The notes under the pieces: model-generated
Told to the model about the DNA's origin: nothing
Database searches by the model: none
What the model saw: the letters and a program-made list of their open reading frames with translations, nothing else
Origin: Thermoplasmata archaeon
GTDB taxonomy: Archaea > Thermoplasmatota > Thermoplasmata > Lutacidiplasmatales > UBA184
Reading direction: 5' to 3'
DNA length: 49,971 bases
Assembly: GCA_028864975.1 (NCBI GenBank)
Contig: JAGWLG010000029.1
Location: forward strand, 1-49,971
In this document: piece by piece, positions 18,004 through 27,600 of the stretch
Layout: every line of letters starts with the position of its first letter
Numbering within the stretch: the first letter of the stretch is position 1
Program-made: the position numbers and the translations under genes

Positions 18004-20015
18004 GCGCTTCCTCCTGCCCCGCTGGGGGTGAGGACCGAGCGCACCGCATCGACGACATGCTCGGGGGTCAGGCCGAGCTTCTGCTGGACGATCGGCCCTG
18101 GAGCGGACGCCCCGAAGCGGTCGACCCCGACGGAAGCCCCGTGAAGGCCGACGTAGCGACCCCAGCCGATCGTGACCCCCGCTTCCACCGAAACCCTGGG
18201 AAGAGCGTCGGGGAGGACCTGGGAGCGGTACTCCGCAGGTTGGGCGTCGAAGAGCTCCCACGACGGCATCGAGACCACCGAGACCCGCGTGCCCTCCTGG
18301 AGGAGGCGGCGCTGGGCCTCGAGGGCGAGATGGACCTCGGAGCCGGTCGCCAGCAGGAGCGCCTGCGCGCGTCCTCCTTCGGCGGGCGAGAGGACGTACG
18401 CCCCCCGCTCGACCCCCTGGTCCACCTGCGTGGGAGGCTGGGGGAGCACCGGGAGCTTCTGACGGGTGAGGATGAGCATGGTGGGCTTCCGACGCGACAC
18501 CACGATCTTCCAGGCGGCCCGGGTCTCGTTGGCGTCGGCCGGGCGGAGCACGAGGAGACCGGGGATGGCGCGGAGCGAGAGCAGGTGCTCGACCGGCTCG
18601 TGGGTCGGCCCGTCCTCCCCGACGGCAATGCTGTCGTGGGTCAAGACCAGGACCATCGGGACCTGCATCAGCGCGGAGAGGCGGATCGCCCCTCGCGCGT
18701 AGTCCGAGAAGACCAGGAACGTCGCCCCGTAGGGCAGCATCCCGCCATGGAGGGCGAGCCCGTTCACCATGGCGACCATCGCATGTTCGCGCACGCCGAA
18801 ATGGAGGTTCCTTCCGCCGGGGTTGCCCCGGCCGTAGTTCGAGTCCGAGGTGAGGAGCGTCTTGGTCGAGGGCGCGAGGTCCGCGGACCCGCCCAGGATC
18901 TCGGGGAAGCGCTTCGCGAGGGCGTTGAGCATGGTGCCGGAGGCATCCCGCGTCGCGAGGGGACCATCTTTCGGCTGAAAGACGGGGAGACCGTCCGCCC
19001 AGCCCACGGGGAGCTCTCCCTTCATCCGTCGCTCGAGCTCCGGGGCGAGCGCCGGCTCCTGGGACTTCCAGCGTCCATAGAGGGCCAGCCACTCCTGGCG
19101 TCGCAGGGCCCCTCGGGCGCGAGACTCTTCGAAGTGCGCGCGCGCTTCCGGGGGGACGAGGAACGGAGGCTCGACGGGCCACCCCAGGCGCTGCTTCGTC
19201 TCCCGGGTCCCCTCGGGACCGAGGGGTTCCCCGTGTGCTTCGTGAGAGTCCTGGACGGGGCTCCCGTAGCCGATGTGGGTCCGCACCGAAATGAGGGAAG
19301 GGCGGTCGACTGCTTCCCGTGCGCCGCGGATCGCGCTCTCGATCTCGGCGAGGTCGTTGCCGTCCTCGACCGAGCGGACGTCCCAGCCGTAGGCGCGGAA
19401 GCGGGTCGGAACGCTCTCGGTGAACTCGACCCGCGCGTCCCCTTCGAGCGAGACCTTGTTGTTGTCGTAGAGGTAGACCAGCTTGCCCAGACCGAGGGTG
19501 GCCGCGAGCGAGGCGGCTTCGGAGGTGATCCCCTCCATCAGGTCGCCGTCGGAGACGATGCCGTAGGTGAAATGGTCGAACACCGGAAGGCCGGGTCGGT
19601 TGTAGACGGCGGCGAGGTGGTGCTCGGCGATGGCCATGCCGAGCCCCATCGCGAACCCTTGACCCAACGGGCCGGTGGTCGCCTCGACCCCGGGGGTGAC
19701 GCCGTGCTCGGGGTGGCCCGGGGTGATGCTCCCCCACTCGCGGAAGTGCTGGAGGTCGTCGAGCGTGACGGGGTACCCCGTGCAGTGGAGGAGCGCGTAG
19801 AGCAGCGCGGACCCGTGGCCGGGGGAGAGGACGAACCGGTCGCGGTCCCACCAACCCGGGTCGGCAGGGTCATGCTTGAGGAATCGGTCGAAGAGCACGT
19901 ACGCCATCGGGGCGGCCCCGAGCGGGAGCCCGGGGTGGCCCGAGCGGGCCTTCTCGACCGCATCGACGGCAAGGAACCTGAGCGTATTGACACAGAGTTC
20001 GTCCGTGCTCGTCAT
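18000..20015 (-). CDS. tkt: Transketolase (single-chain bacterial type)
   Basis: SGHPG, DRDRFVLSPGH, TPGHPE, TTGPLGQG, SDGDLMEG (ThDP motif), GVREHAM and THDSIAVGEDGPTHEP. The start was re-assigned to ATG 20015. Confidence 0.97.
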   Translation of the reverse strand: MTSTDELCVNTLRFLAVDAVEKARSGHPGLPLGAAPMAYVLFDRFLKHDPADPGWWDRDRFVLSPGHGSALLYALLHCTGYPVTLDDLQHFREWGSITPGHPEHGVTPGVEATTGPLGQGFAMGLGMAIAEHHLAAVYNRPGLPVFDHFTYGIVSDGDLMEGITSEAASLAATLGLGKLVYLYDNNKVSLEGDARVEFTESVPTRFRAYGWDVRSVEDGNDLAEIESAIRGAREAVDRPSLISVRTHIGYGSPVQDSHEAHGEPLGPEGTRETKQRLGWPVEPPFLVPPEARAHFEESRARGALRRQEWLALYGRWKSQEPALAPELERRMKGELPVGWADGLPVFQPKDGPLATRDASGTMLNALAKRFPEILGGSADLAPSTKTLLTSDSNYGRGNPGGRNLHFGVREHAMVAMVNGLALHGGMLPYGATFLVFSDYARGAIRLSALMQVPMVLVLTHDSIAVGEDGPTHEPVEHLLSLRAIPGLLVLRPADANETRAAWKIVVSRRKPTMLILTRQKLPVLPQPPTQVDQGVERGAYVLSPAEGGRAQALLLATGSEVHLALEAQRRLLQEGTRVSVVSMPSWELFDAQPAEYRSQVLPDALPRVSVEAGVTIGWGRYVGLHGASVGVDRFGASAPGPIVQQKLGLTPEHVVDAVRSVLTPSGAGGSA

Positions 20016-20327
20016 CCGTTCTCCGTGAGACCTTCGGAGCTCGCGCCTCGGCGCGAGCGACGGTCGGCCACCGTCCACGCGGCACGAGGGGGTCCCGATC
20101 GACCGGAAGCCCGAACGGCTCCACCCACTTAATGGCGTGTTTCGTACGCGCGCAAAAGGACACTCCGTTCGTGCCAGCGACCGCGCCAAGCCTTCTCGGG
20201 GCGGCTTCCTCCGAGTAGGACTTCGCGTGCCCTGTCGACACCACCAGGGCAGCGCTAGGGTAGGCCCCTTTGCCCAAGATCTCGCATAGGATAAGTTGGG
20301 GCGCAACTCTTACGCGCCAGGGCGGAT

Positions 20328-20822
20328 GTGCCGGCCGTGCACCCACTTCGGACCCTGACCCGGGACCTCTCGCTCTTCCGACAGGGGCTCACGATCCTCC
20401 ATCAGGTGGGTCCCCACGGACTAGGGGAGATGGTCCGAATGGCCGAGTTCCTCGAGCGCTCGATCTATCAGGAGGGAAGCTTGCGTGCGACCCGCGAGGG
20501 GTTCAGCTTCCGGCTCTTGAACCCCCCCATGCGCATGGGAGCCTTCCACTGGGCGACCTTGAGCGTCGACCAGCGCCCCCTTCCGCCCGAGGACTGCTCG
20601 GTCTCCGAACCGCAGGGTCCGAGCCTTCGCCCCTTCCCGTCCTTGAGCCGACAGGAGCCGCTCCACCTTCGCCCCGGCGAAGGGGCCTCGTTCGCCGCTC
20701 GCCTGCCTGGACTGGTCCCGGGTCACCGTCACACGGTCCAGCTCAACCTCCGGAACGTGGCGATCCCCCCCATGGTCTGGGTCCGGTTCACGGACGAGCT
20801 GCGGAGAGAGGAGGAAGGTTGA
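20328..20822 (+). CDS. Hypothetical protein, probable small beta-sandwich domain
   Basis: 164-aa ORF with natural composition. Its TGA stop overlaps the TTG start of the next gene (TTGA). Confidence 0.65.
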   Translation: MPAVHPLRTLTRDLSLFRQGLTILHQVGPHGLGEMVRMAEFLERSIYQEGSLRATREGFSFRLLNPPMRMGAFHWATLSVDQRPLPPEDCSVSEPQGPSLRPFPSLSRQEPLHLRPGEGASFAARLPGLVPGHRHTVQLNLRNVAIPPMVWVRFTDELRREEEG

Positions 20823-23050
20823 GCGCCATCCCCACGGCGCCGAACCCCAAGGACCCTGATTGGGAGGCTCCGCTCCTAGAGACCTCGGAGCCCCGACCGG
20901 ACCTTCCCGTCCTCTTGAGCGGGCACCGGTCGGCCGCGATCCTCTCCGCCGCAGGGGAGATGCAACTGCCCTGGGAGACCCGCGGCGCCCGGATCGAGTG
21001 GGGGGGAGCCTACGCTCAGGGGGTCCGGCTCACGGGACCGTGGACGCTCCAGGTCGGAAGCGCGGGGGGCGCTCCCCAGCCTCTGAGCACGTTCCTCCGT
21101 TCCCTGAGCGTGCGAAGGACGGAGGTCACCTCGACCTACCAGGGCCCGGGATGGACCGCGCGTCAGGAGGTCGTGGTCCCCCACGACGAGCCCGCCGTGA
21201 CCCGCCGCCTTCTCCTCACGGGGATGGCCGAGACCGGCCTCGACCTCTCGATCGGCATGCGGGTCGAACCGTTCCTGCTCCCCGTCCTCATGGAAGGACT
21301 GCGCCCCAGAGTCTACGCGCTGCGGGGGTCGCCGACCGGGTTCGCGCTTTCGGCCGAGGGATACGCGCTGGAACTCCTCTCTTCCGAAGCGCCTACGTCG
21401 CTGTCCGTCGAGGGGCGGGCGCTCTCCGTGGAGCCTTCGACTCAGCCGGTGCCGGCCGTGGACCTCGTCTGGAACTTGCACCTCGACCCGGCGGAGATGG
21501 TCCGGCTCTCCTGGGTGGTCTGGGGGGGGATGGAGAAGCTCGTGCGCATGGAGCCCGACCATGGGGCGCGATTGCTCTCCTCTTCGGTCGCGTGGCGCGA
21601 CGAGCGCAGGTCGAGCCAGGCCCTGTGGTGGAACGAGCGGCCGCGCTTCCGCTTCCCGCAGGACCCTCTGCTGGAGGAGGGGGCGCTCCTGGCCACGGGG
21701 GCGCTCGAAGCGCTCACGCACGCTCCCGAGCCGGGGATGGTGGGCATGGTCGCCGGATACCCGTGGTACTACGCGCTCTGGTTCCGCGATATCGCCTGGA
21801 TGCTCCCGGCGGTCCTCTGGCTGGGGGACTTCGACTGGGCGCGGGCCACCTTGGGGACGGCCTTCAACTTCCAGAGCCGCGCGCATGTCCCCGTCCTGGG
21901 GGCCGAACCGGGAGAGGTCCCGATGCAGGTCAGCCCGGGCCCGATCTTCCTCTACGGCACTTCGGACACGACGCTCCACTTTCCCGCGCTCGCCTACCGC
22001 TTCCTGCAACATGCCGGGGTGGAGCGTGCCTCCTTCCTCCGACCCCTCCTGCCCCACGTCGCGGGCTGTCTGGCCTGGGCGGACCGAAAGGTGAGCCCGC
22101 AGACGGGGCTCTTCACGAACGGCGGGGAGATCGCCGAGATGGCGGCGGCCGCCCAGCAGGGGAAGGTCCAGTGCGGCATCGATGCCCTCGACACGACGAT
22201 CTGGGACTCGACCGACCGTCGCGCTCACGCCGTCGACCTGCAGGTCCTTCATGTCCGCGCCCTGCGCGCAGCGACGGGTCTCGCCGGGGCGCTGGGAGCG
22301 TTCGACGGGGCTCCCTCGGGGGGAGAGGAGAGGGCCCAGGCGATCCAACAGAAGGTCCTGAACAGCTACCGATGGCCCTCCGAGGACTATCTCGTCGACA
22401 CCCTGACCCCGGAGGGGGAACCGGTCAACCGACTACGACCGAACGCGCTCCTTGCTGTGATGGACGGATGGCTTCCGAGGGAGCAGGCCCAGGCCATGAT
22501 CCGCCGGGCGGCCTGTGAGGACCTGACGACCCCGTGGGGGGTGCGGACCCTGTCCCGCAAGGACCCGAACTTCGATCCCGAGGCCTACCATGATGGGCAG
22601 GTCTGGACCATCGCCACGGACTGGGCCGCTCACGCGGCGTTGCGTGCGCGTTGCCCCGAGGAAGGCCTCGCCTACCTCCACACCGTGACGGGCCTGTTGA
22701 AGAGCGAGCATGGGCTCGCGAACGAGTGCTATCACGGGCTCCGTGCGCAGCCTTTCGACAGCTGTTTCCTGCTCGGGCTCAGCGTAGGCCCGTTCCTGAC
22801 CGCGCTCTTCGAAGGGCTTTGGGGCCTCTCCTTCGTCCCGGGGCAAGGAGCCCCCGTGCTGAGGGTGGACCCCGCCTTCCCCTCGACGTGGCAAGAGGCC
22901 TCGCTCGAGAACCTTCGTGTGGGAGACACGATCCTCGACCTTCACTGGACCCCTGGCAAGCTGAAGGTCGAACAACGCTCAGGGCCGGCCCTCGAGGTCC
23001 AGGGCGGCGAGGGGCTCGAGGTCCTTCCGGTCTCGACGGGGTCTCCTTAG
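20819..23050 (+). CDS. Amylo-alpha-1,6-glucosidase / glycogen-debranching-like (alpha/alpha)6 glycoside hydrolase
   Basis: MVAGYPWY..WFRD, a D..IWD segment and WGVRTLS...YHDGQVWT...W are motifs of GDE_C-like domains. The start was re-assigned to TTG 20819. Confidence 0.8.
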   Translation: MSAIPTAPNPKDPDWEAPLLETSEPRPDLPVLLSGHRSAAILSAAGEMQLPWETRGARIEWGGAYAQGVRLTGPWTLQVGSAGGAPQPLSTFLRSLSVRRTEVTSTYQGPGWTARQEVVVPHDEPAVTRRLLLTGMAETGLDLSIGMRVEPFLLPVLMEGLRPRVYALRGSPTGFALSAEGYALELLSSEAPTSLSVEGRALSVEPSTQPVPAVDLVWNLHLDPAEMVRLSWVVWGGMEKLVRMEPDHGARLLSSSVAWRDERRSSQALWWNERPRFRFPQDPLLEEGALLATGALEALTHAPEPGMVGMVAGYPWYYALWFRDIAWMLPAVLWLGDFDWARATLGTAFNFQSRAHVPVLGAEPGEVPMQVSPGPIFLYGTSDTTLHFPALAYRFLQHAGVERASFLRPLLPHVAGCLAWADRKVSPQTGLFTNGGEIAEMAAAAQQGKVQCGIDALDTTIWDSTDRRAHAVDLQVLHVRALRAATGLAGALGAFDGAPSGGEERAQAIQQKVLNSYRWPSEDYLVDTLTPEGEPVNRLRPNALLAVMDGWLPREQAQAMIRRAACEDLTTPWGVRTLSRKDPNFDPEAYHDGQVWTIATDWAAHAALRARCPEEGLAYLHTVTGLLKSEHGLANECYHGLRAQPFDSCFLLGLSVGPFLTALFEGLWGLSFVPGQGAPVLRVDPAFPSTWQEASLENLRVGDTILDLHWTPGKLKVEQRSGPALEVQGGEGLEVLPVSTGSP

Positions 23051-23140
23051 GCCGTCCCCCCCCCTCCTCGGGTCCCGGTCATGCGCCGCCCAACGGGCTT
23101 CTTTCCGCTCACAGGCGGCGTTTCGAACGCGGGACCGGCA

Positions 23141-23554
23141 CTACGCCAGGAGTGGGCCCAGCACGACGATCCCCACAACGAGCAGGACCAGGACCGTCAG
23201 CGAGATCCGTGTCAAGGTGGCGTCATGAGCACGATGGAAGTAGTACGCCCCCAGAGCGACACGAAGGATCGGAGTGGCCACCAGCACTAGGATGCCGAGG
23301 GTCAGGAAGGCCTCGGCATGTCCTCCGAGAAGACCGCCCCCCAGTCCGCCAGGGGAGAGATACCCCCGAAGGGGGTTCTGCTGAAGGGCCTGGGAGAAGG
23401 TTTCGCCCGAGTGGCGAGAGAGGAAGAAGAGCAGGGCGACCCCCAACAGGGTGCCGGCAGCCAGGAGGCCGTAGCGCAACCCGGAGGCCATTCGCCCGTA
23501 GGCCTCCGGGGGAAGCTGGAAGGTCGGACCGGCCCTCGCGCCCTCGGCGGTCAT
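23141..23554 (-). CDS. DUF1634-like membrane protein
   Basis: GILVLVATPILRV motif and 3 TM segments; coupled to the TauE gene by an ATGA-type overlap, which is the usual partner arrangement. Confidence 0.8.
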   Translation of the reverse strand: MTAEGARAGPTFQLPPEAYGRMASGLRYGLLAAGTLLGVALLFFLSRHSGETFSQALQQNPLRGYLSPGGLGGGLLGGHAEAFLTLGILVLVATPILRVALGAYYFHRAHDATLTRISLTVLVLLVVGIVVLGPLLA

Positions 23555-24402
23555 GCGACGCCCGCTCCTCGGAGCACGAGCTCCGTCGCAAGGGCGGCGA
23601 CCGCGCCCAGAAAGAGGACCCTGAGGATCTCGTTGCGGGCTCGGGGGAGGATACGACTTCCCAGGAAAGAGCCGGTCACCGTCCCGAGTGCGACGGGTGC
23701 CGCCAAGAGCGGGTTGACCGCTCCAGCGAGGAGCAAGATGCCCGAGCTTGCGGCCACGGTGACGCCGATCATGAAGTTGCTCGTCGCAGTCGCGACCTTG
23801 ACGGGGAGGCCGAGGAACCGCTCCAGGGCGGTCACCTTGAGAGCTCCGCTCCCGATCCCGAACATGCCTGAGACCAGCCCCGCGCCGAACATGGTGGCGA
23901 ACGCCGGGTTCGTTCTCCCGGCACGGTAGCGCACCTCGCGGTGGTCGTGAAGGTCGAGGTAGGAGCCCTCGAGGTGGAGACGTAGGGATCGGGCATCGGC
24001 GGGTACGGGCTGGTCTCCCGCGGGACGGTGACGGACCCCGTCCAGGACCGTGATGAGGAGGACGACACCGAGGATGAAGAGGAGGAGCGGTTGGAGTCCG
24101 ACCTTCGCGAGGACTAGCGTCGCTGTGACCCCGAGCAGCGCCCCCGGAACGGTCGCGATCTCGAGGAACATGCCGATGCGGACGTCCGTGATGTGGTCGC
24201 GAACGTAGGCGGCCCCGGTCGTCGTCGAGGTGGCCAACACACTGACGGCGCTCGCGCCGATGGCCTCCAGCAAGGGGACCCCCAGGCCGATCACGAGGAT
24301 GGGAACGATGACCACCCCCCCGCCGAGCCCGGCGAGCGAACCCAGCAGTCCGCCCGCGACCCCCACCGCGATGAGCAGGAGGAGAATGACCCAGAGGAGC
24401 AT
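23551..24402 (-). CDS. TauE/SafE-family sulfite exporter (membrane permease)
   Basis: GLGGG..IVP, GLVSGMFGIGSG and KVATATSNFMIG motifs; about 8 TM segments. Confidence 0.9.
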   Translation of the reverse strand: MLLWVILLLLIAVGVAGGLLGSLAGLGGGVVIVPILVIGLGVPLLEAIGASAVSVLATSTTTGAAYVRDHITDVRIGMFLEIATVPGALLGVTATLVLAKVGLQPLLLFILGVVLLITVLDGVRHRPAGDQPVPADARSLRLHLEGSYLDLHDHREVRYRAGRTNPAFATMFGAGLVSGMFGIGSGALKVTALERFLGLPVKVATATSNFMIGVTVAASSGILLLAGAVNPLLAAPVALGTVTGSFLGSRILPRARNEILRVLFLGAVAALATELVLRGAGVA

Positions 24403-24662
24403 GGCGACCTCCAGCCCCCGAGTCGGATTATGAAGTGTGCGTCGGCGAGTTCTGGTTCAAAGTCAGGTGGTGCTGGTCCTGGAGGACCTCGAGCTTCCCC
24501 AGCGCGGTCGTGAAGTGCACCATGCGGCCACCTTGCAAGGGACCCGCGCATGGCGCTCTGTGGAGTTGAACCCGTCGACCGGGAAACCCCCGTTCGAGTC
24601 CTGGTCAGGATGTTGAAGATAGGCTGCCCTGCTTCAAATACCACCTAGGCCAGGGAGGGCGC

Positions 24663-27600
24663 ATGCGTACGTCTGCCAGATCTATGACCGTTTCCGACCT
24701 CTCGCGACACCTGCCTGTCCCGAGCTCCCTGCATGCCCTGCGGGTCATCGCATTCTGTTCGGTCCTCGTTGGCCTGGTAATCCTCTCGGGCCTTGCAGGG
24801 GCTTTCGCCTCGGCCGCAGCCCCTCAGGAACAGAACCCCCGGGACGGACCGACGATCGCTGAGGAGAAAGGCGCGGCCGTAGGCGCCTCATCCCTCCCTT
24901 CGGCACATGCCGGTGGCGGACCCTCGGATCGCTCCGCGCACACTCCGTCCGCGTTCCGCCACACCGTTCCGCTTTCGGCTTCCGAGGTACCCGCCAGCTC
25001 GGCCAAGCACCCCGTACCTCTCCCTATGGCCCCGCCCTCGACCGTTTCGGTTGGCGCGAGCCCCACACCGTCAGAAGTCGCTCCATCGTCCTCCTCAAGA
25101 TCGCAAGCGCGGGCTGATGGGGTGGCGGTGCCGACCGTGACCCCATCTGTGAGCTGCTCCACTTCTGGGAGCACTCTGCAAGTGACCGTTTCTTCCGGCA
25201 CAGCCTCAGACACCCTCCTTGTGGCGACCAGCGGCGGAGCTTGGGCTATCACGTTCGACGGAAGCGCGGTTTGCGTTGGCGAGAGCTATACGACGTTCCC
25301 GATGATCACCGTAAGCGAGGTACCGACACCAGCGACCCCTACCACGTTCCAACCCGGCACGACGACGGGACTGACCTTTGGTGGAGCGGCAGGGAGCTCC
25401 AACGTGCTGGACCTGTCCGGCGAGTCCTCGGGGCTCACTGTAGCGGTCAACGGCAACTCCGCCACGAATCCTGGCACCGTCACGGGCACCGGTGTGAGCG
25501 ACAGCTTCAGCGGGATCACGACGGTGGACGGTTCCTCGGCCGGTGGCACCACGTTCCAACCCGGCAGTGCTACCGGGGTGACCCTTGTCGGAGCGGCCGG
25601 GAGCTCCAATGTGCTGGACCTCTCGGGCGAATCCACGGGTCTCACCGTAGCGGTGAACGGGGACTCCACCGCGAGCCCGGGCACCGTCACGGGCACTGGC
25701 CTCAGCGACAGCTTCAGTGGGATCACGACCGTGGACGGCTCCTCGGCCGGCGGCACGACGTTCCAACCCGGCACGGCCACGGGAGTGACCTTTGTTGGAC
25801 CGGCTGGGAGTTCCAACGTGTTGGACCTGTCAAATGAGCCCTCCGGTCTCACCGTGACGGTGAACGGTGACTCCACCGCCAGCCCGGGCACTGTCACGGG
25901 CACTGGCCTCAGCGACAGCTTCAGTGGGATCACGACGGTGGACGGCTCTTCCGTCGGTGGCACAACCTTCCAAGCCGGGAGCGCATCCGGGATACTTTTT
26001 GTCGGTCAGGGTGGCAGCAGCACCCTGGACCTTCCCTCTTCGGCCTCCCTCCTCACGGTGGGAGTGAACGGAGACTCCGCCGCTAGCCCGGGTACGCTGA
26101 CGGGCGGCGGCTTGAGCGACAACTTCGAGGGGGTCACCTCCATGGTGGGAAACACCGGTAGTGGGGGGGCCACGTTCCAAGCCGGGGGCGCCACGGGACT
26201 CACCTTCGTCGGCGCGGGGTCGGGTCCAAACTCGTTGTCCCTGGCGACGGAGACGGCGCCTTTCACCGTGGCGATGAACGCCGACACCTCCACCACTCCG
26301 GGCTCGGTCACGGGCTCAGGCGTGAGCGACGCGTTCTACGGGATGAGCTCGGTGACGGGCTCCCCGGGCGGAACCACGTTCCAGCCCGGGACCGCCCCCT
26401 CGGTGTCTCTGATAGGAGTGGGGAGCGCGACCACGCTGGACCTCTCATCGGAACCCTCGGGCCTCACCGTGGCGGTCTCCTCGGGGTCGGGTACTCTGTC
26501 GGGCACGGGGATCAGCGACACCTTCAGCGGCATCAGCACGTTTGTGGGCTCCTCGGCTGGCGGAACGAGGTTCCAGCCTGGGAACGGAGCAGGGATGTCC
26601 TTTGCTGGTCAGGGCGTCGGCAACACGCTCGACCTGTCGAGCGGGCCCTCCGGTCTCACCGTGGCGGTGAACGGGGACTCCACCACGAGTCTGGGTACCG
26701 TCACGGGCACCGGTTTGAGCGACAGCTTCAGCGCGATCACCACAGTGGACGGCTCCTCGGCCGGGGGCACTACGTTCCAACCTGGGAGCGCGACCGGGCT
26801 GACCTTTGTCGGAACGGGGAGTGGCAACGTACTGGACCTGTCGGCGGAGCCTTCCGGTCTCACCGTGGCGATGAACGGGGACTCCTTCACGAACCTGGGA
26901 AGCGTCACAGGCTCGAGCCTGAGCGACAGCTTCAGCGGGGTCACGACAGTGGACGGTTCTTCGTCGGGCGGCACCACATTCCAACCGGGCACGGCGACGG
27001 GAGTGACCTTTGCCGGAGCGGTAGGGAGTACCAACACGCTGGACCTGTTGGCGGACCCTTCCGGTCTCACCGTGGCGGTGAACGGGGACTCCTCCGCGAA
27101 CCCGGGAACCATCACGGGCTCGAGCCTGAGCGACAGCTTCAGCATGGTCACGACAGTGAACGGTTCTTCGGTGGGTGACACGACATTCGTTACCGGAAGT
27201 CTCGGGGGACTCACCTTCAGTGGCCAGGGCACTAGTAACACACTGGACTTCAGTGGGGCTCCGGCCGGAGCGACGGTGACCCTTAGCGGGACCCCCGCTG
27301 CATACTCGGGGACCATCAGTGGTCTCAACCCCGGCGCCATGGGTTCTACCACAGACACCTTCGCCGGGATCCAGTTCTTCGTGCCAGCGTTCTCCACGTC
27401 CACCTCCGTCGCCAGCTCTCTCGACCCTTCGTCCTTCGGACAGGCGGTAGCCTTCACGGCGACCGTCTCCCCGACAGATGGCGGGGGGACCGTCACCTTC
27501 TACGACGGCACCACGGCGATCTGCTCCGCGGTCACCCTTGCCTCGAGCGGCTCGGGCTACCAAGCGACGTGCACCACCTCGTCGCTCGGAGTCGGGACCC

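Noticed and set aside
217-23871. Many long alternative-frame and antisense ORFs (e.g. 504..3215, 1751..2737, 18057..20132, 20860..22518, 20876..22348)
   Set aside because: They are Arg/Gly/Pro-rich, lack motifs and shadow well-supported genes, as expected in high-GC DNA.
24585-24606. tRNA T-loop-like GTTCGAGTCC
   Set aside because: No T-stem, anticodon arm or acceptor stem can be formed.
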